From assembly GCA_016939375.1 (NCBI GenBank), contig JAFGHF010000063.1:2119-66118 (forward strand): a stretch of 64,000 nucleotides of DNA. Direction: 5' to 3'. Shown one piece after another: positions 17,668 to 26,897 of this stretch. The translations under genes and the position numbers were made by a program. This DNA comes from Candidatus Omnitrophota bacterium (GTDB lineage Bacteria; Omnitrophota; Gorgyraeia; JAFGHF01). The notes below the pieces were generated by a model, which searched no databases, was not told the DNA's origin, and was given only the letters and a program-made list of their open reading frames with translations. The number at the start of each line of letters is the position of its first letter. Positions within the stretch are counted from its first letter, which is position 1.

Positions 17668-18127
17668 AGCCGCCGGTGCCGCTGGTGCCGTTGGAGATAT
17701 AAATATCATCATCGGGAGTGCCTTGAATAGCTCCTGTCCCGTTTACTCCCGTAATATCCGCCGCGCCGTCAGGGCCTACAGAAAAGATGACGTAGTAATC
17801 TGAATTGGTGCCGGCATCAGTGGCATATCTATATTGCACACCGGCGTCAAAGGGGTCATTGAGTATCTGGCCGATGATCTGCGGCGAAGCACCGGTAATG
17901 GCCGATTGCCAGCTGGTATTCACCGCCGCGCCCTGGCTGGGATATTGCCTGCTATTATGTATATAATATGACTCTACCGCTGCCGCCAGGCCACGCAACT
18001 CTCCCGCCGCCTTGGCTATATTACCTTCCTCCTGCATGCCCCTGAAGCGAGGCAGGGCAATACCGATTAAAATAGCAATCACGGTTATTACTATTAAAAG
18101 CTCGATGATAGTAAAACCTCTTTTCAT
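17663..18127 (-). CDS. Type IV major pilin / GspG-like major pseudopilin
   Basis: The true start is the internal ATG, giving MKRGFTIIELLIVITVIAILIGIALP (canonical G|FTxxE). An AAGGGGGAG RBS lies upstream. ~155 aa. Confidence 0.85.
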   Translation of the reverse strand: MKRGFTIIELLIVITVIAILIGIALPRFRGMQEEGNIAKAAGELRGLAAAVESYYIHNSRQYPSQGAAVNTSWQSAITGASPQIIGQILNDPFDAGVQYRYATDAGTNSDYYVIFSVGPDGAADITGVNGTGAIQGTPDDDIYISNGTSGTGGF

Positions 18128-18221
18128 TGCTCCCCCTTGTGTTTTTATTCCCTTTTTATATATTTTACAATCTTCAAAGAAGTTAGGCAACTTATATTTA
18201 TAAGTCCACTTATTATTCGTT

Positions 18222-19436
18222 TTATCGTCTAAGCAGCTTTATCATGTCAAACATAGGCAGAAGCATAGAGGCCATAATAAAGGCTACTATCGCGCCCATG
18301 ATGACCAAAAATACGGGCTCCAGGACAGTGGTGATCTTCTTTATGCTATAGTTTATGGCCCGGTCATAAAAATCACTGATCTTGTTCAACATCCCCTCTA
18401 GGTTTCCCGATTCCTCCCCCACAGAAATCATCTGTACTGTGTCTGGGGGAAATTCCGCGCTTACTTTGAGAGATTCAGAAAGCTTCTCCCCTTTTTCCGC
18501 AGCCATGCGCATTTGATAGATGACTTGGCCTAAGACTTCATTATCCACCACATCGCGGACTATATCTAAGGATTGCAAAATAGGCACACCGCTAGCAATT
18601 AAGGTAGAGAGCGTGCGCGCGAAGCGGGAAATGCAAGTTTTGCGTACCAGGGGCCCGATGACCGGAAGTTTTAGAGACAATCTGTCTATTTTTATCCTGC
18701 CGGCGGTGGTCTTTATATAAGCCTTAAAACCCACTCCTATTAAGCCGATGGCCAAAATCATAAGGTACCAAAACTGTTTAATGAAATTACCCAGGTGATA
18801 AAGTAAAATAGTGGCCGCCGGCATTGCTATCCCGGCGCGCTGGAATATTTCCACAAATTTGGGGATGACAAAGGTCACTATAAAGACAATCACTAAAGTG
18901 GCCGCGACAATCAAAATCGCGGGATAAAAAAGGGCCGCCCTTATCTTTTGCCTTAAGTCTTCCTGGGCCTCGGCGAATTCAGCATAGCGGTTGAGCACTT
19001 GGTCTAAATTGCCGCTGGCTTCACCGGCGGCGACCATACTTATGAAAAGCCGGGAGAAAACCCCTGGATACTGGGCAAAGCTTTGGGAAAGACTCAATCC
19101 CCCTTCAACGCTGCGGGCGACATTATCTATGATTTCTTTGAGTTTTCTGTTTTCGACCTGTTTCTTTAGCGTATCTAAACTGGACATTATGCTAAGACCT
19201 GAGTTGAGCATATTGGCCAGCTGAAGGTCAAACATCACTATCTCCTCGGTGCTGATCCTACGCAAGCCTTTACTGAGCTTCTCCAGGCTCACCCCCATTA
19301 AGGCCTCAGCAATATCGATAGGGGCATAGCCCATGCGCTTGAGCTTTTCAGCGACTTCGTCCTTGCTGGCTGCTTCGATAACGCCCTTGACCAGCTTGCC
19401 GCTGTTATCCCTAGCCTTGTAATTGTAATTTGGCAA
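18222..19436 (-). CDS. pilC: Type IV pilus / T2SS platform protein PilC (GspF family)
   Basis: 404 aa; two T2SSF repeats; polytopic. Confidence 0.9.
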   Translation of the reverse strand: MPNYNYKARDNSGKLVKGVIEAASKDEVAEKLKRMGYAPIDIAEALMGVSLEKLSKGLRRISTEEIVMFDLQLANMLNSGLSIMSSLDTLKKQVENRKLKEIIDNVARSVEGGLSLSQSFAQYPGVFSRLFISMVAAGEASGNLDQVLNRYAEFAEAQEDLRQKIRAALFYPAILIVAATLVIVFIVTFVIPKFVEIFQRAGIAMPAATILLYHLGNFIKQFWYLMILAIGLIGVGFKAYIKTTAGRIKIDRLSLKLPVIGPLVRKTCISRFARTLSTLIASGVPILQSLDIVRDVVDNEVLGQVIYQMRMAAEKGEKLSESLKVSAEFPPDTVQMISVGEESGNLEGMLNKISDFYDRAINYSIKKITTVLEPVFLVIMGAIVAFIMASMLLPMFDMIKLLRR

Positions 19437-19438
19437 CT

Positions 19439-21058
19439 TTAGGCCTCCTCAGTAACGCGCATGACTTCTTCCTGAGTAGTTATGCCCTGCTTGACCTTCT
19501 CATCGCCGTCCTGGCGCAGTGTGTGCATTCCCGCTTTTATCGCGGCCTTACGGATATCGTCGGTCGAAGTCTTGGAGTTAGTCAGTTTTCTTATCTCTTC
19601 GCCAGCCAGCATCAATTCAAAAATCCCTTTGCGCCCCTTATAGCCGGTATTGACACAGGAATCGCAGCCTTTTCCTTTACAATCTTTGCAAAGCATGCGT
19701 ACCAGCCTCTGAGCCAATACACCGATCACCGATGAGGCTATCAAAAACGGCTCCACCCCCATATCTATAAGCCTGGTAATCGCTGTCGGCGCGTCATTAG
19801 TATGCAAGGTGGAAAATACCAGGTGTCCCGTAAGCGCTGCCTGGACCGCGATCTCTGCGGTCTCTATGTCACGGATCTCCCCTACCATGATGACGTCCGG
19901 ATCCTGCCTTAAAATAGAACGCAGGCCCGTTGAGAATTCCAAACCCACCTTGTGATTGACCTGCATCTGGCGCACTCCGGGCAGATGATATTCAATCGGG
20001 TCCTCAATAGTGACGATATTCTTTTCTTCTGAATTGATTATATTTAAAGAGGCATAGAGAGTGGTCGTCTTGCCCGAACCGGTAGGGCCGGTGACCAAGA
20101 TTATCCCGTGCGGCCGCTTAATCAACTCTTCATATTTTTTTAATGTATCGGGCAAAAACCCCAGCTGCTCCAGCTTTAAAATAATACTGCTTCTATCCAA
20201 AAGGCGCAGGACCACATTCTCGCCATAAATGGTGGGCACGCAGGAAACGCGGATATCTATCTGCCGGCCTTCCATTTTGATCTGGAAACGGCCGTCTTGC
20301 GGTACCCTGTGCTCGGCGATATCCATATCGGAAAGTATCTTGATGCGCGAGACGATCGCCGATTGTAAAAACTTGGGCGGAGAAATACGCTCGTGCAATA
20401 CTCCATCTATCCTATAGCGGGTGCGTAAGGTCTCTTCTTCCGGTTCGATATGGATGTCACTGGCTCCCTGGCGCACAGCCTCGATGATCATCAAGTTGAC
20501 CATCTTGATGACCGGAGGCTCTTCTACTATCCCCTGGAGCTTTTTCAAATCCTTTTCCTGGCCCGGCTTGATCTTCAATGCCTCGACCTCTAAGCTACTG
20601 ATTACTTCTTCCATAGTGCCACGGGCCCGGTAATGTTCCTCCAAGGCCTTTTTGACTTCCGTTTCTGTAGCTATAGCCGGGTCGATCTCCATGCCAGTCT
20701 TAAGCCTCAATTCATCCAGGGCAAAGACATTCATAGGATCGGCCATGGCCACAGTCAGGCTCTTGCCGATTTTTAATACGGGGATAAGTATGTATTTTCT
20801 GGCCAAATCTTCGGGAACTAATTCGATTATCTTAGGGTCGATCAGGTAATTCTTAAGTTCGACATGCGGTATATTCAACTGTTGGCTTAAAAATACGGCT
20901 AAGTCCGTCTCGCTGATCACGCCTTTGGATACCAACACCTGGCGCAAGGGCTTGGCATTGGCCTTGGCTTCGATCTCGGCCTGTTTAAGCTGCTCGGCAT
21001 TGATAATGCCCTTTTCCAGAAGGCTCTGGCCCAGGGACTTCTTATCTTTCTTGGCCAT
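19439..21058 (-). CDS. pilB: Type IV pilus assembly ATPase PilB (GspE family) with an N-terminal MshEN/T2SSE_N domain
   Basis: Walker A GPTGSGKTTT, a tetracysteine CKDCKGKGCDSC, and N-terminal LGQSLLEKGIINAEQLKQAE / LRQVLVSKGVISETDL motifs. Confidence 0.95.
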   Translation of the reverse strand: MAKKDKKSLGQSLLEKGIINAEQLKQAEIEAKANAKPLRQVLVSKGVISETDLAVFLSQQLNIPHVELKNYLIDPKIIELVPEDLARKYILIPVLKIGKSLTVAMADPMNVFALDELRLKTGMEIDPAIATETEVKKALEEHYRARGTMEEVISSLEVEALKIKPGQEKDLKKLQGIVEEPPVIKMVNLMIIEAVRQGASDIHIEPEEETLRTRYRIDGVLHERISPPKFLQSAIVSRIKILSDMDIAEHRVPQDGRFQIKMEGRQIDIRVSCVPTIYGENVVLRLLDRSSIILKLEQLGFLPDTLKKYEELIKRPHGIILVTGPTGSGKTTTLYASLNIINSEEKNIVTIEDPIEYHLPGVRQMQVNHKVGLEFSTGLRSILRQDPDVIMVGEIRDIETAEIAVQAALTGHLVFSTLHTNDAPTAITRLIDMGVEPFLIASSVIGVLAQRLVRMLCKDCKGKGCDSCVNTGYKGRKGIFELMLAGEEIRKLTNSKTSTDDIRKAAIKAGMHTLRQDGDEKVKQGITTQEEVMRVTEEA

Positions 21059-21064
21059 CTAGCA

Positions 21065-21442
21065 TTACTCCTTGATGAGTCTTTTTATTTTATCCAGCAG
21101 TTCCTGTGGCTCAAAAGGCTTGGCCACATAATCATCCGCCTTGACATACTGGCACATCTCCTCGATACGCTTTTTCCAGTCTTCCTTGGCGGTGAAAATG
21201 ATCACGGGGATAGAGGCTGTCTCTTCGGTATGCTTGATCTCATAGCAGATATCATATCCGTTATTATCAGGCAACATAATATCCAATATTATCAGGTCTG
21301 GCTTTTTTTCCATGATCACTGCTTGGGCGTTTGCGCCGGTATCCAACTGCATCACTTCATAACCGTTAAACTCGAGGCGCTCTTTCAGCAATTCGAATAA
21401 ATATAACTCATCATCGATAATCAATATTTTTTTGCCTGACAT
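21065..21442 (-). CDS. Single-domain response regulator (CheY-like receiver), R1
   Basis: DD...D(54)...T...K receiver residues; 125 aa. Confidence 0.9.
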   Translation of the reverse strand: MSGKKILIIDDELYLFELLKERLEFNGYEVMQLDTGANAQAVIMEKKPDLIILDIMLPDNNGYDICYEIKHTEETASIPVIIFTAKEDWKKRIEEMCQYVKADDYVAKPFEPQELLDKIKRLIKE

Positions 21443-21443
21443 A

Positions 21444-21818
21444 TTATTCCCGCTCCTTTAGAAGTTTTTCTATTTTTCCCAAAAGCTCATCGGGTTTGAA
21501 GGGCTTAGTGATATATGCATCGGCACCGACCTCCTGGCCCAATTTTACATCTTCTTCTTGGGCCCGTGCCGAGAATAGTATTATGGGCACATCGATATAG
21601 TTGGTATCCCTTTTTAACAGGCCACAGACCTTGTATCCATCCATCTGCGGCAACATCAAATCCAAGATGATCAAATCCGGTTTTTCTTTATGCGCGATAT
21701 CAAGGGCCATCTTGCCATCGAAAGCGGTAATCACCTCATAGCCATTGGCCTTCAGCCTTGACTCTACCAGCTTTACAATATGGGGTTCATCATCGACAAC
21801 CAGTATTTTCTTGGGCAT
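21444..21818 (-). CDS. Single-domain response regulator, R2
   Basis: Receiver-only, 124 aa; paralog of 27703-28071. Confidence 0.9.
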   Translation of the reverse strand: MPKKILVVDDEPHIVKLVESRLKANGYEVITAFDGKMALDIAHKEKPDLIILDLMLPQMDGYKVCGLLKRDTNYIDVPIILFSARAQEEDVKLGQEVGADAYITKPFKPDELLGKIEKLLKERE

Positions 21819-21832
21819 AATAACACCTTTTT

Positions 21833-22195
21833 CTAAATATATATTTTGATCGCATCCAGCAGCTTCTGAGGCTCAAAAGGCTTAAAGAGATAATCAGTCA
21901 CCCCTAAGTCTTTGGCCGCTAGAATAGGATCGGTCTGGTCTTCGCAGGTAAGCATGATCACCGGAGTAAATCTTGTCTCTGGCTTAGAGCGTATCCTGCG
22001 CAAGGCCTCCAGACCATCCACGCCCGGCATGTGCACATCGAGCAGGATCAGATCAGGCCGCTCGGCTAAGGCCTTGACTACCGCCTCTTCTCCGTTTGTG
22101 GCTGTAGCCACCTCATAATAGTTGGCCTCTAACCGTGATTTTACTACTTTTATGATATTCGGCTCGTCGTCGACGACTAATATCTTCTTGGCCAT
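21833..22195 (-). CDS. Single-domain response regulator, R3
   Basis: Receiver-only, 120 aa. Confidence 0.9.
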   Translation of the reverse strand: MAKKILVVDDEPNIIKVVKSRLEANYYEVATATNGEEAVVKALAERPDLILLDVHMPGVDGLEALRRIRSKPETRFTPVIMLTCEDQTDPILAAKDLGVTDYLFKPFEPQKLLDAIKIYI

Positions 22196-22555
22196 TTACG
22201 CTTTCCCTATGTACTTCTCGATCTTCTCTAAAAGTTCCTCGGCCTTAAAAGGTTTGACCATGTAGTCATTTATCCCTTCAACAGCGAATAGGTCCTGCAT
22301 CGCCCCCTGGCCGGTGAGTACGATTACCGGTATCTCTCGTGAGGCCTTTCTTAGCCTGCGCACAAACGTATAGCCATCCATGGCAGGCATAAGTATATCC
22401 AGGATTATCAGGTCCGGATTTTCCTGCTCTACCCTTTCTAAGCCTTCTTTGCCGTTTGAGGCGGCGACTACTTCATAACCGTTGGCCTGCAGGCGGGACT
22501 TTAAGAGTTGGACAATGTGCGGTTCATCGTCGATCACTAAGATTTTTTTAGCCAT
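22196..22555 (-). CDS. Single-domain response regulator, R4
   Basis: Receiver-only, 119 aa; close paralog of R5. Confidence 0.9.
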   Translation of the reverse strand: MAKKILVIDDEPHIVQLLKSRLQANGYEVVAASNGKEGLERVEQENPDLIILDILMPAMDGYTFVRRLRKASREIPVIVLTGQGAMQDLFAVEGINDYMVKPFKAEELLEKIEKYIGKA

Positions 22556-22912
22556 TTATTCTTTCCTTAAATTTTTTTCGATCTTTTTTAGCAACTCGTC
22601 CGCATTGAATGGTTTTACGACGTAATCGGTTATCCCTTCTATAGCAAATAGATCTTTCATGCCTGATTTAGCTGTAAGCACGATGATGGGGATATCCCCA
22701 TCAGCCTTCTTTAGCCTCTTCACAAACGTATAGCCATCCATCTGCGGCATCAGGATGTCCAGGACAATCAGATCTGGATTTTCTTTTTGAAATCTCTCCA
22801 GGCCCTCTTCTCCGTTTGTAGCCGAAACCACCTCATAGCCGTTAGCTTGCAGGCGCGAGATAAGCACCTTTATTATATCAGGCTCATCGTCAATTACCAG
22901 GATTTTACTCAT
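22556..22912 (-). CDS. Single-domain response regulator, R5
   Basis: The true start is the internal MSKILVIDDEP. The longer track ORF overlaps the upstream kinase. Confidence 0.85.
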   Translation of the reverse strand: MSKILVIDDEPDIIKVLISRLQANGYEVVSATNGEEGLERFQKENPDLIVLDILMPQMDGYTFVKRLKKADGDIPIIVLTAKSGMKDLFAIEGITDYVVKPFNADELLKKIEKNLRKE

Positions 22913-22928
22913 TTTTTCCTCTTTTCGT

Positions 22929-24086
22929 TTAGCTTTTGGGTAAGGTAAAAATAAACTTTGTCCCCTGATCCAATTTGCTTTCCGCCCGGATCTTGCCTTT
23001 ATGCAACTGGACAATCCCTTTGGCGATGGAAAGTCCAAGGCCCGTACCTTTCTCGCCCGGGCCAGCCATGCGGCCGAATTGCTCAAATTTATCGAAAAGT
23101 TTGGGCAGATCCTCCGGTGCGATACCAGGCCCTGTGTCGGCTACGGAGCATTCTACTGTCTCCCCCTCATCGCGCACAGCAATCTCTACATGGCCTTTTT
23201 GGGTAAATTTCAAGGCATTGTTGAGTAGATTGGCAAAGACCTGAGTAATCTTATCTTTATCGGCTGAGATCTCTATTTTTTCAGCCGGCAGATTTGTCTT
23301 TATCTCTAAACTTTTCTTTTGGGCAAGAGGGCCAAAGGTAGAGCCGACCGATCTGGCCAAGGCCACGATGTCAAGGGGTGCCTTTTTGATCTCAACCTTT
23401 CCTGCTTCTATCTTAGATATATCCAGAAGATTGTCAATTATTCTTTTTAAGCGGTCGATATCCTCCAGGCACATAGTCAAAAATTCCTGTTGTTCTTTAG
23501 TGGTGCCCCCCAGAATACCGTCTAAGACCTGAGACACTGTCTCTCTTATCGTAGTCAGGGGAGTGCGCAATTCATGGGATACCGTGGAAATAAAATCGCT
23601 TTTTATCTGGTTGAGCTTCATAAGCTGCTTGTTGGCTACCTGTAACTTCTCGGCGTAAGCCCGGGTCTGCGCTTCCAGGCGTTCTCTTTCTTTTTTATTC
23701 CCGTAATTTTCGACAGTTCTCTTCAGCGCCAGGGACAGGCTGCCCTTGGGCACATCGTCTTTGACCACATAATCGTAGGCCCCTATTTTCATCACCTCAG
23801 CGGCTATCTTTTCATCACCCTCTCCGGTAGCCATAATCACCGGTATATCCACATTATTTTCTTTGAGTTTTTTCACCATCTCCAATCCGGTCATGCCCGG
23901 CATCTTATAATCCACGACAATCAGGTCAAACGTATCGGCGCTTATCTTATCTAATCCCTCAGCCCCTGAGCGGCAGACGGTGACTTCGATATCGAAATCC
24001 TCATTGCCAAGCAAGGCTTCTCTCTCTATCTCCCGGTCTATGGGGCTGTCATCCACTAAGCATACTTTTAGTTTTTTCTTTGACAT
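22929..24086 (-). CDS. Cytoplasmic hybrid histidine kinase (REC-HisKA-HATPase)
   Basis: N-terminal receiver, then HisKA FISTVSHELRTPL and HATPase GTGLGLSIAKGIV. No TM. Confidence 0.9.
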   Translation of the reverse strand: MSKKKLKVCLVDDSPIDREIEREALLGNEDFDIEVTVCRSGAEGLDKISADTFDLIVVDYKMPGMTGLEMVKKLKENNVDIPVIMATGEGDEKIAAEVMKIGAYDYVVKDDVPKGSLSLALKRTVENYGNKKERERLEAQTRAYAEKLQVANKQLMKLNQIKSDFISTVSHELRTPLTTIRETVSQVLDGILGGTTKEQQEFLTMCLEDIDRLKRIIDNLLDISKIEAGKVEIKKAPLDIVALARSVGSTFGPLAQKKSLEIKTNLPAEKIEISADKDKITQVFANLLNNALKFTQKGHVEIAVRDEGETVECSVADTGPGIAPEDLPKLFDKFEQFGRMAGPGEKGTGLGLSIAKGIVQLHKGKIRAESKLDQGTKFIFTLPKS

Positions 24087-26897
24087 CTAAACACTCTCGG
24101 CACTCTTTTTTTGTTTTTGCTTTTTTAAAATAGTAAAATAGAACGTACTGCCTTTACCAACTTCTGATTCAACCCATATCCTCCCGCCGTGTTGCTCGAC
24201 GATCTTTTTGCATATAGTCAGGCCCGCTCCCGTACCTTTATCTTCATCGGTATCCAAACGTTGAAATAGGCCAAATACCGTATCCAGGTGCTCTTTTGGT
24301 ATGCCCTGTCCATTGTCCCTTACGTAAAGGCAAAATTCCGCTGGCGAATCCTCTTTGCAGCCTATCTCTATCATGGGCTTTGGCTTATCATTATATTTTA
24401 TAGCATTAGTGATCAGATTTGTAAATAGCTGAGATATCCTTACTTTTTCAAATTTAATCGTGGGTAACTTTTGGGCTTTTAGCTCGGTATTGCTTTCTTT
24501 GAGACGTACGGTAAGGTCTTCTCTTATCTCATCGATAAGTCTGTTTAAATCTATTTCCTCCAGAGACGCCCTGCGCCGGGCGATCCTGGATAGCTCCAGG
24601 AGGTCTTTGATTAAGGTCTGCATCTTTTGCACCGACCTTTGAATGACGTCTAAATAATGCTTGCCCTGCTCATCCAGTTTATCTTTATATTTATCGTGCA
24701 AAAATTGGCTGAAGGAGGCTATCCCACGCAGCGGTTCCTTTAGGTCGTGCGAGACTACATAGGTAAAATCGTCCAGCTCCTTGTTCGACCGCTCCACCTC
24801 TATTATTTTCTCTTGCAGCTTGTCTTTGGCCTGCTTTAAGTCCCGGCTGGTGGCATTTAAGTCTTCGACCATCAAAAGCATGGCCTTGTCGCTTTTCTGC
24901 AGTTTCTCCACCTGCTCTTGTAATTGTTTTCCCGTCTTGGAAAGTTCCTCGAGTAGTCTTTTATATTCGCGTACATCCCTGGCCGCCAAAATAGCGCTGG
25001 TGGTCTTGCCCTCCTGGTCCTTAAAGGGCACGCCGTTAAAGCTTACCGGAATAGAACGTCCCTGCTTGTCCTTTAGCTCAATCTCTAAGTTAGATACACC
25101 CTGGCCCTGGAGTATTATCTTTTTGATGATCGCCAGGTCTTTCTCTCCGGCCATAAAGAAATCACTTATCGGCCTTTTTATTATCTCGCTTCTGTCATAT
25201 TCTAAAAGTCTGGCGGTAGCGTTGTTCACGGTCTTGATCCTGGCGTTTTTATCGATGACCAAAAGCGCATCATTCATATTTTCGATGATATTGTCCACAT
25301 AGTCTTTAGAAAATGTGGTCTCGCGAAGATTTGCGCTCATCTGCCGGAATGCATTGGCCAGCTGGCCTATCTCGTTCTTGGTCTCTAAGGCCCTGATATC
25401 GCCCATCTGCACATCCAACCGCCCCCGGGCCACACTATCCATCTTATCCGCTAATTGAGTGAATGTATCGGTCATTTTGGAAGCGAAAATATAAGCAACG
25501 CTTGAACCCAAAACTATTGCCAATACGCAGACAAAGACTATCTGGTTTCTGATATTGTTTACGCCTTTAAAAAACTCATCCAAATAAGCCACGGCAGCGA
25601 TCATCCAATCCCAGGGCTGAAAATAAGTATAGGCTAATATTTTTAGCCTGGGGCTTGAGCTCCCGCGCCCTTGGTAAAGGTAAGATATGATCCTGCTCTC
25701 ACCCGGATCCAAGCTAGACGCACTCTCCACGATCTCGCTGATGAAAAGTTTTCCTTGGACATCTTTATCCAAAAGCGCATCCTGACCATCACGGGTGCGG
25801 TTTTCGGACAATATATAGCGGCCCCTTTTTTCGCCCTGGGCGCCGATGAGGCAAAGGTATCCACTCTGTCCTATTTTTTGCCTGGCCATCAAATCTTTGA
25901 GTTGCTCTTTTTTTATTTCCTCAAAGTCGGCTGCTAAGAGGTCCTGGGGATAAAAGGCCACGGCTACAATCCATTCTTTCTGCGGGATGTGCATTATAGC
26001 GACTACCTTTTGGTTTTCCTTATCTTCTATGCTATCCCGCCAATTATATGCGCTATGGCCGATCTCGCCTTCCTTTAGAGACTTTCCTATCACGATAACG
26101 TCACGAAATACAAATTTACCGTCCTGATTTTCCGCATACCAGATATTTTCCCCATCCCGGACGCGGTTCTTGGAAAGTATATAATTACCTTCATAATCGA
26201 GGATGTAAATATAACCGTTTTGACCCACTACCGTGGAGGCTAAAAGGTCGATCAGCTGCGTGTCCATCTGCCTGCTGGACATCTGGTTTATCATATTATC
26301 GAATTGGGATTCCAGCTCGCTGCCCGCCAGCTCCACCTCTTTGTCGTTTACTCCACCGGTCACTCTTTCTCTCATCTTGACAATGCGCATCACCCGGTCG
26401 TATTCGGATAACGCCTTGTCAACGGCTTCTGTATTTATGCCCAATTTTTTGGCTCTCTCAAGGACCCCGGAGACCTCCGCCATAGCTAAGTCAAACTCCT
26501 TGACATAGGCGCTAAACTCGTCCATAGCAAAGCTAAAAAGGAGCATGTTCTTTTCGTATCTTCTGGCCCGCAAAAGCGGCTCTTTGAGCGTATCCGCGTC
26601 GACCTGGGCGCCGATATTTTTGCTGATCAGCTCTTGGACTCCTTTAGCCTGGGAAGTGGCAATATCCTTTGTCTTATCCAAAGCGGCGTCTTTGTTTCCC
26701 TCGACCAGATCATAATATGCCCGGGTAGTGATAAACCAGTCCAGGCATTGGGCCTTCAGCGATTCTTTGATATTTTTAAGTATGGCCTCTTTGGCGCTAT
26801 TGTAGCTTAGTATACCCAGCCCAATAACCGGGATGGTGACCAAAATAACGCATATAGCCATCAGCTGGCTCTTAATGCTTATATCGCCTGTTTTCAT
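24087..26897 (-). CDS. Membrane sensor histidine kinase (periplasmic Cache-like, HAMP, PAS, HisKA, HATPase)
   Basis: 936 aa; two TM segments flanking a ~420 aa extracytoplasmic region; HisKA FTYVVSHDLKEPL; HATPase GTGAGLTICKKIV. Confidence 0.88.
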   Translation of the reverse strand: MKTGDISIKSQLMAICVILVTIPVIGLGILSYNSAKEAILKNIKESLKAQCLDWFITTRAYYDLVEGNKDAALDKTKDIATSQAKGVQELISKNIGAQVDADTLKEPLLRARRYEKNMLLFSFAMDEFSAYVKEFDLAMAEVSGVLERAKKLGINTEAVDKALSEYDRVMRIVKMRERVTGGVNDKEVELAGSELESQFDNMINQMSSRQMDTQLIDLLASTVVGQNGYIYILDYEGNYILSKNRVRDGENIWYAENQDGKFVFRDVIVIGKSLKEGEIGHSAYNWRDSIEDKENQKVVAIMHIPQKEWIVAVAFYPQDLLAADFEEIKKEQLKDLMARQKIGQSGYLCLIGAQGEKRGRYILSENRTRDGQDALLDKDVQGKLFISEIVESASSLDPGESRIISYLYQGRGSSSPRLKILAYTYFQPWDWMIAAVAYLDEFFKGVNNIRNQIVFVCVLAIVLGSSVAYIFASKMTDTFTQLADKMDSVARGRLDVQMGDIRALETKNEIGQLANAFRQMSANLRETTFSKDYVDNIIENMNDALLVIDKNARIKTVNNATARLLEYDRSEIIKRPISDFFMAGEKDLAIIKKIILQGQGVSNLEIELKDKQGRSIPVSFNGVPFKDQEGKTTSAILAARDVREYKRLLEELSKTGKQLQEQVEKLQKSDKAMLLMVEDLNATSRDLKQAKDKLQEKIIEVERSNKELDDFTYVVSHDLKEPLRGIASFSQFLHDKYKDKLDEQGKHYLDVIQRSVQKMQTLIKDLLELSRIARRRASLEEIDLNRLIDEIREDLTVRLKESNTELKAQKLPTIKFEKVRISQLFTNLITNAIKYNDKPKPMIEIGCKEDSPAEFCLYVRDNGQGIPKEHLDTVFGLFQRLDTDEDKGTGAGLTICKKIVEQHGGRIWVESEVGKGSTFYFTILKKQKQKKSAESV

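Noticed and set aside
22556-23086. 176-aa version of response regulator R5 overlapping the hybrid kinase by 158 nt
   Set aside because: The N-terminal 57 aa have no receiver homology and overlap the kinase C-terminus. The internal ATG gives a canonical 119-aa receiver.
22958-23244. Three overlapping plus-strand ORFs at 22958-23244 and the similar set at 28537-28771
   Set aside because: They lie antisense to the paralogous HATPase-coding segments of two kinases. Their mutual similarity is explained by the kinase paralogy, not by a repeated element.
24460-26508. Ser/Leu-rich plus-strand ORFs antisense to the 936-aa kinase (24460-24642, 24781-25302, 25671-25937, 26233-26508) and the minus-strand 25643-25864
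   Set aside because: Low-complexity translations inside or opposite a gene with clear domain structure.
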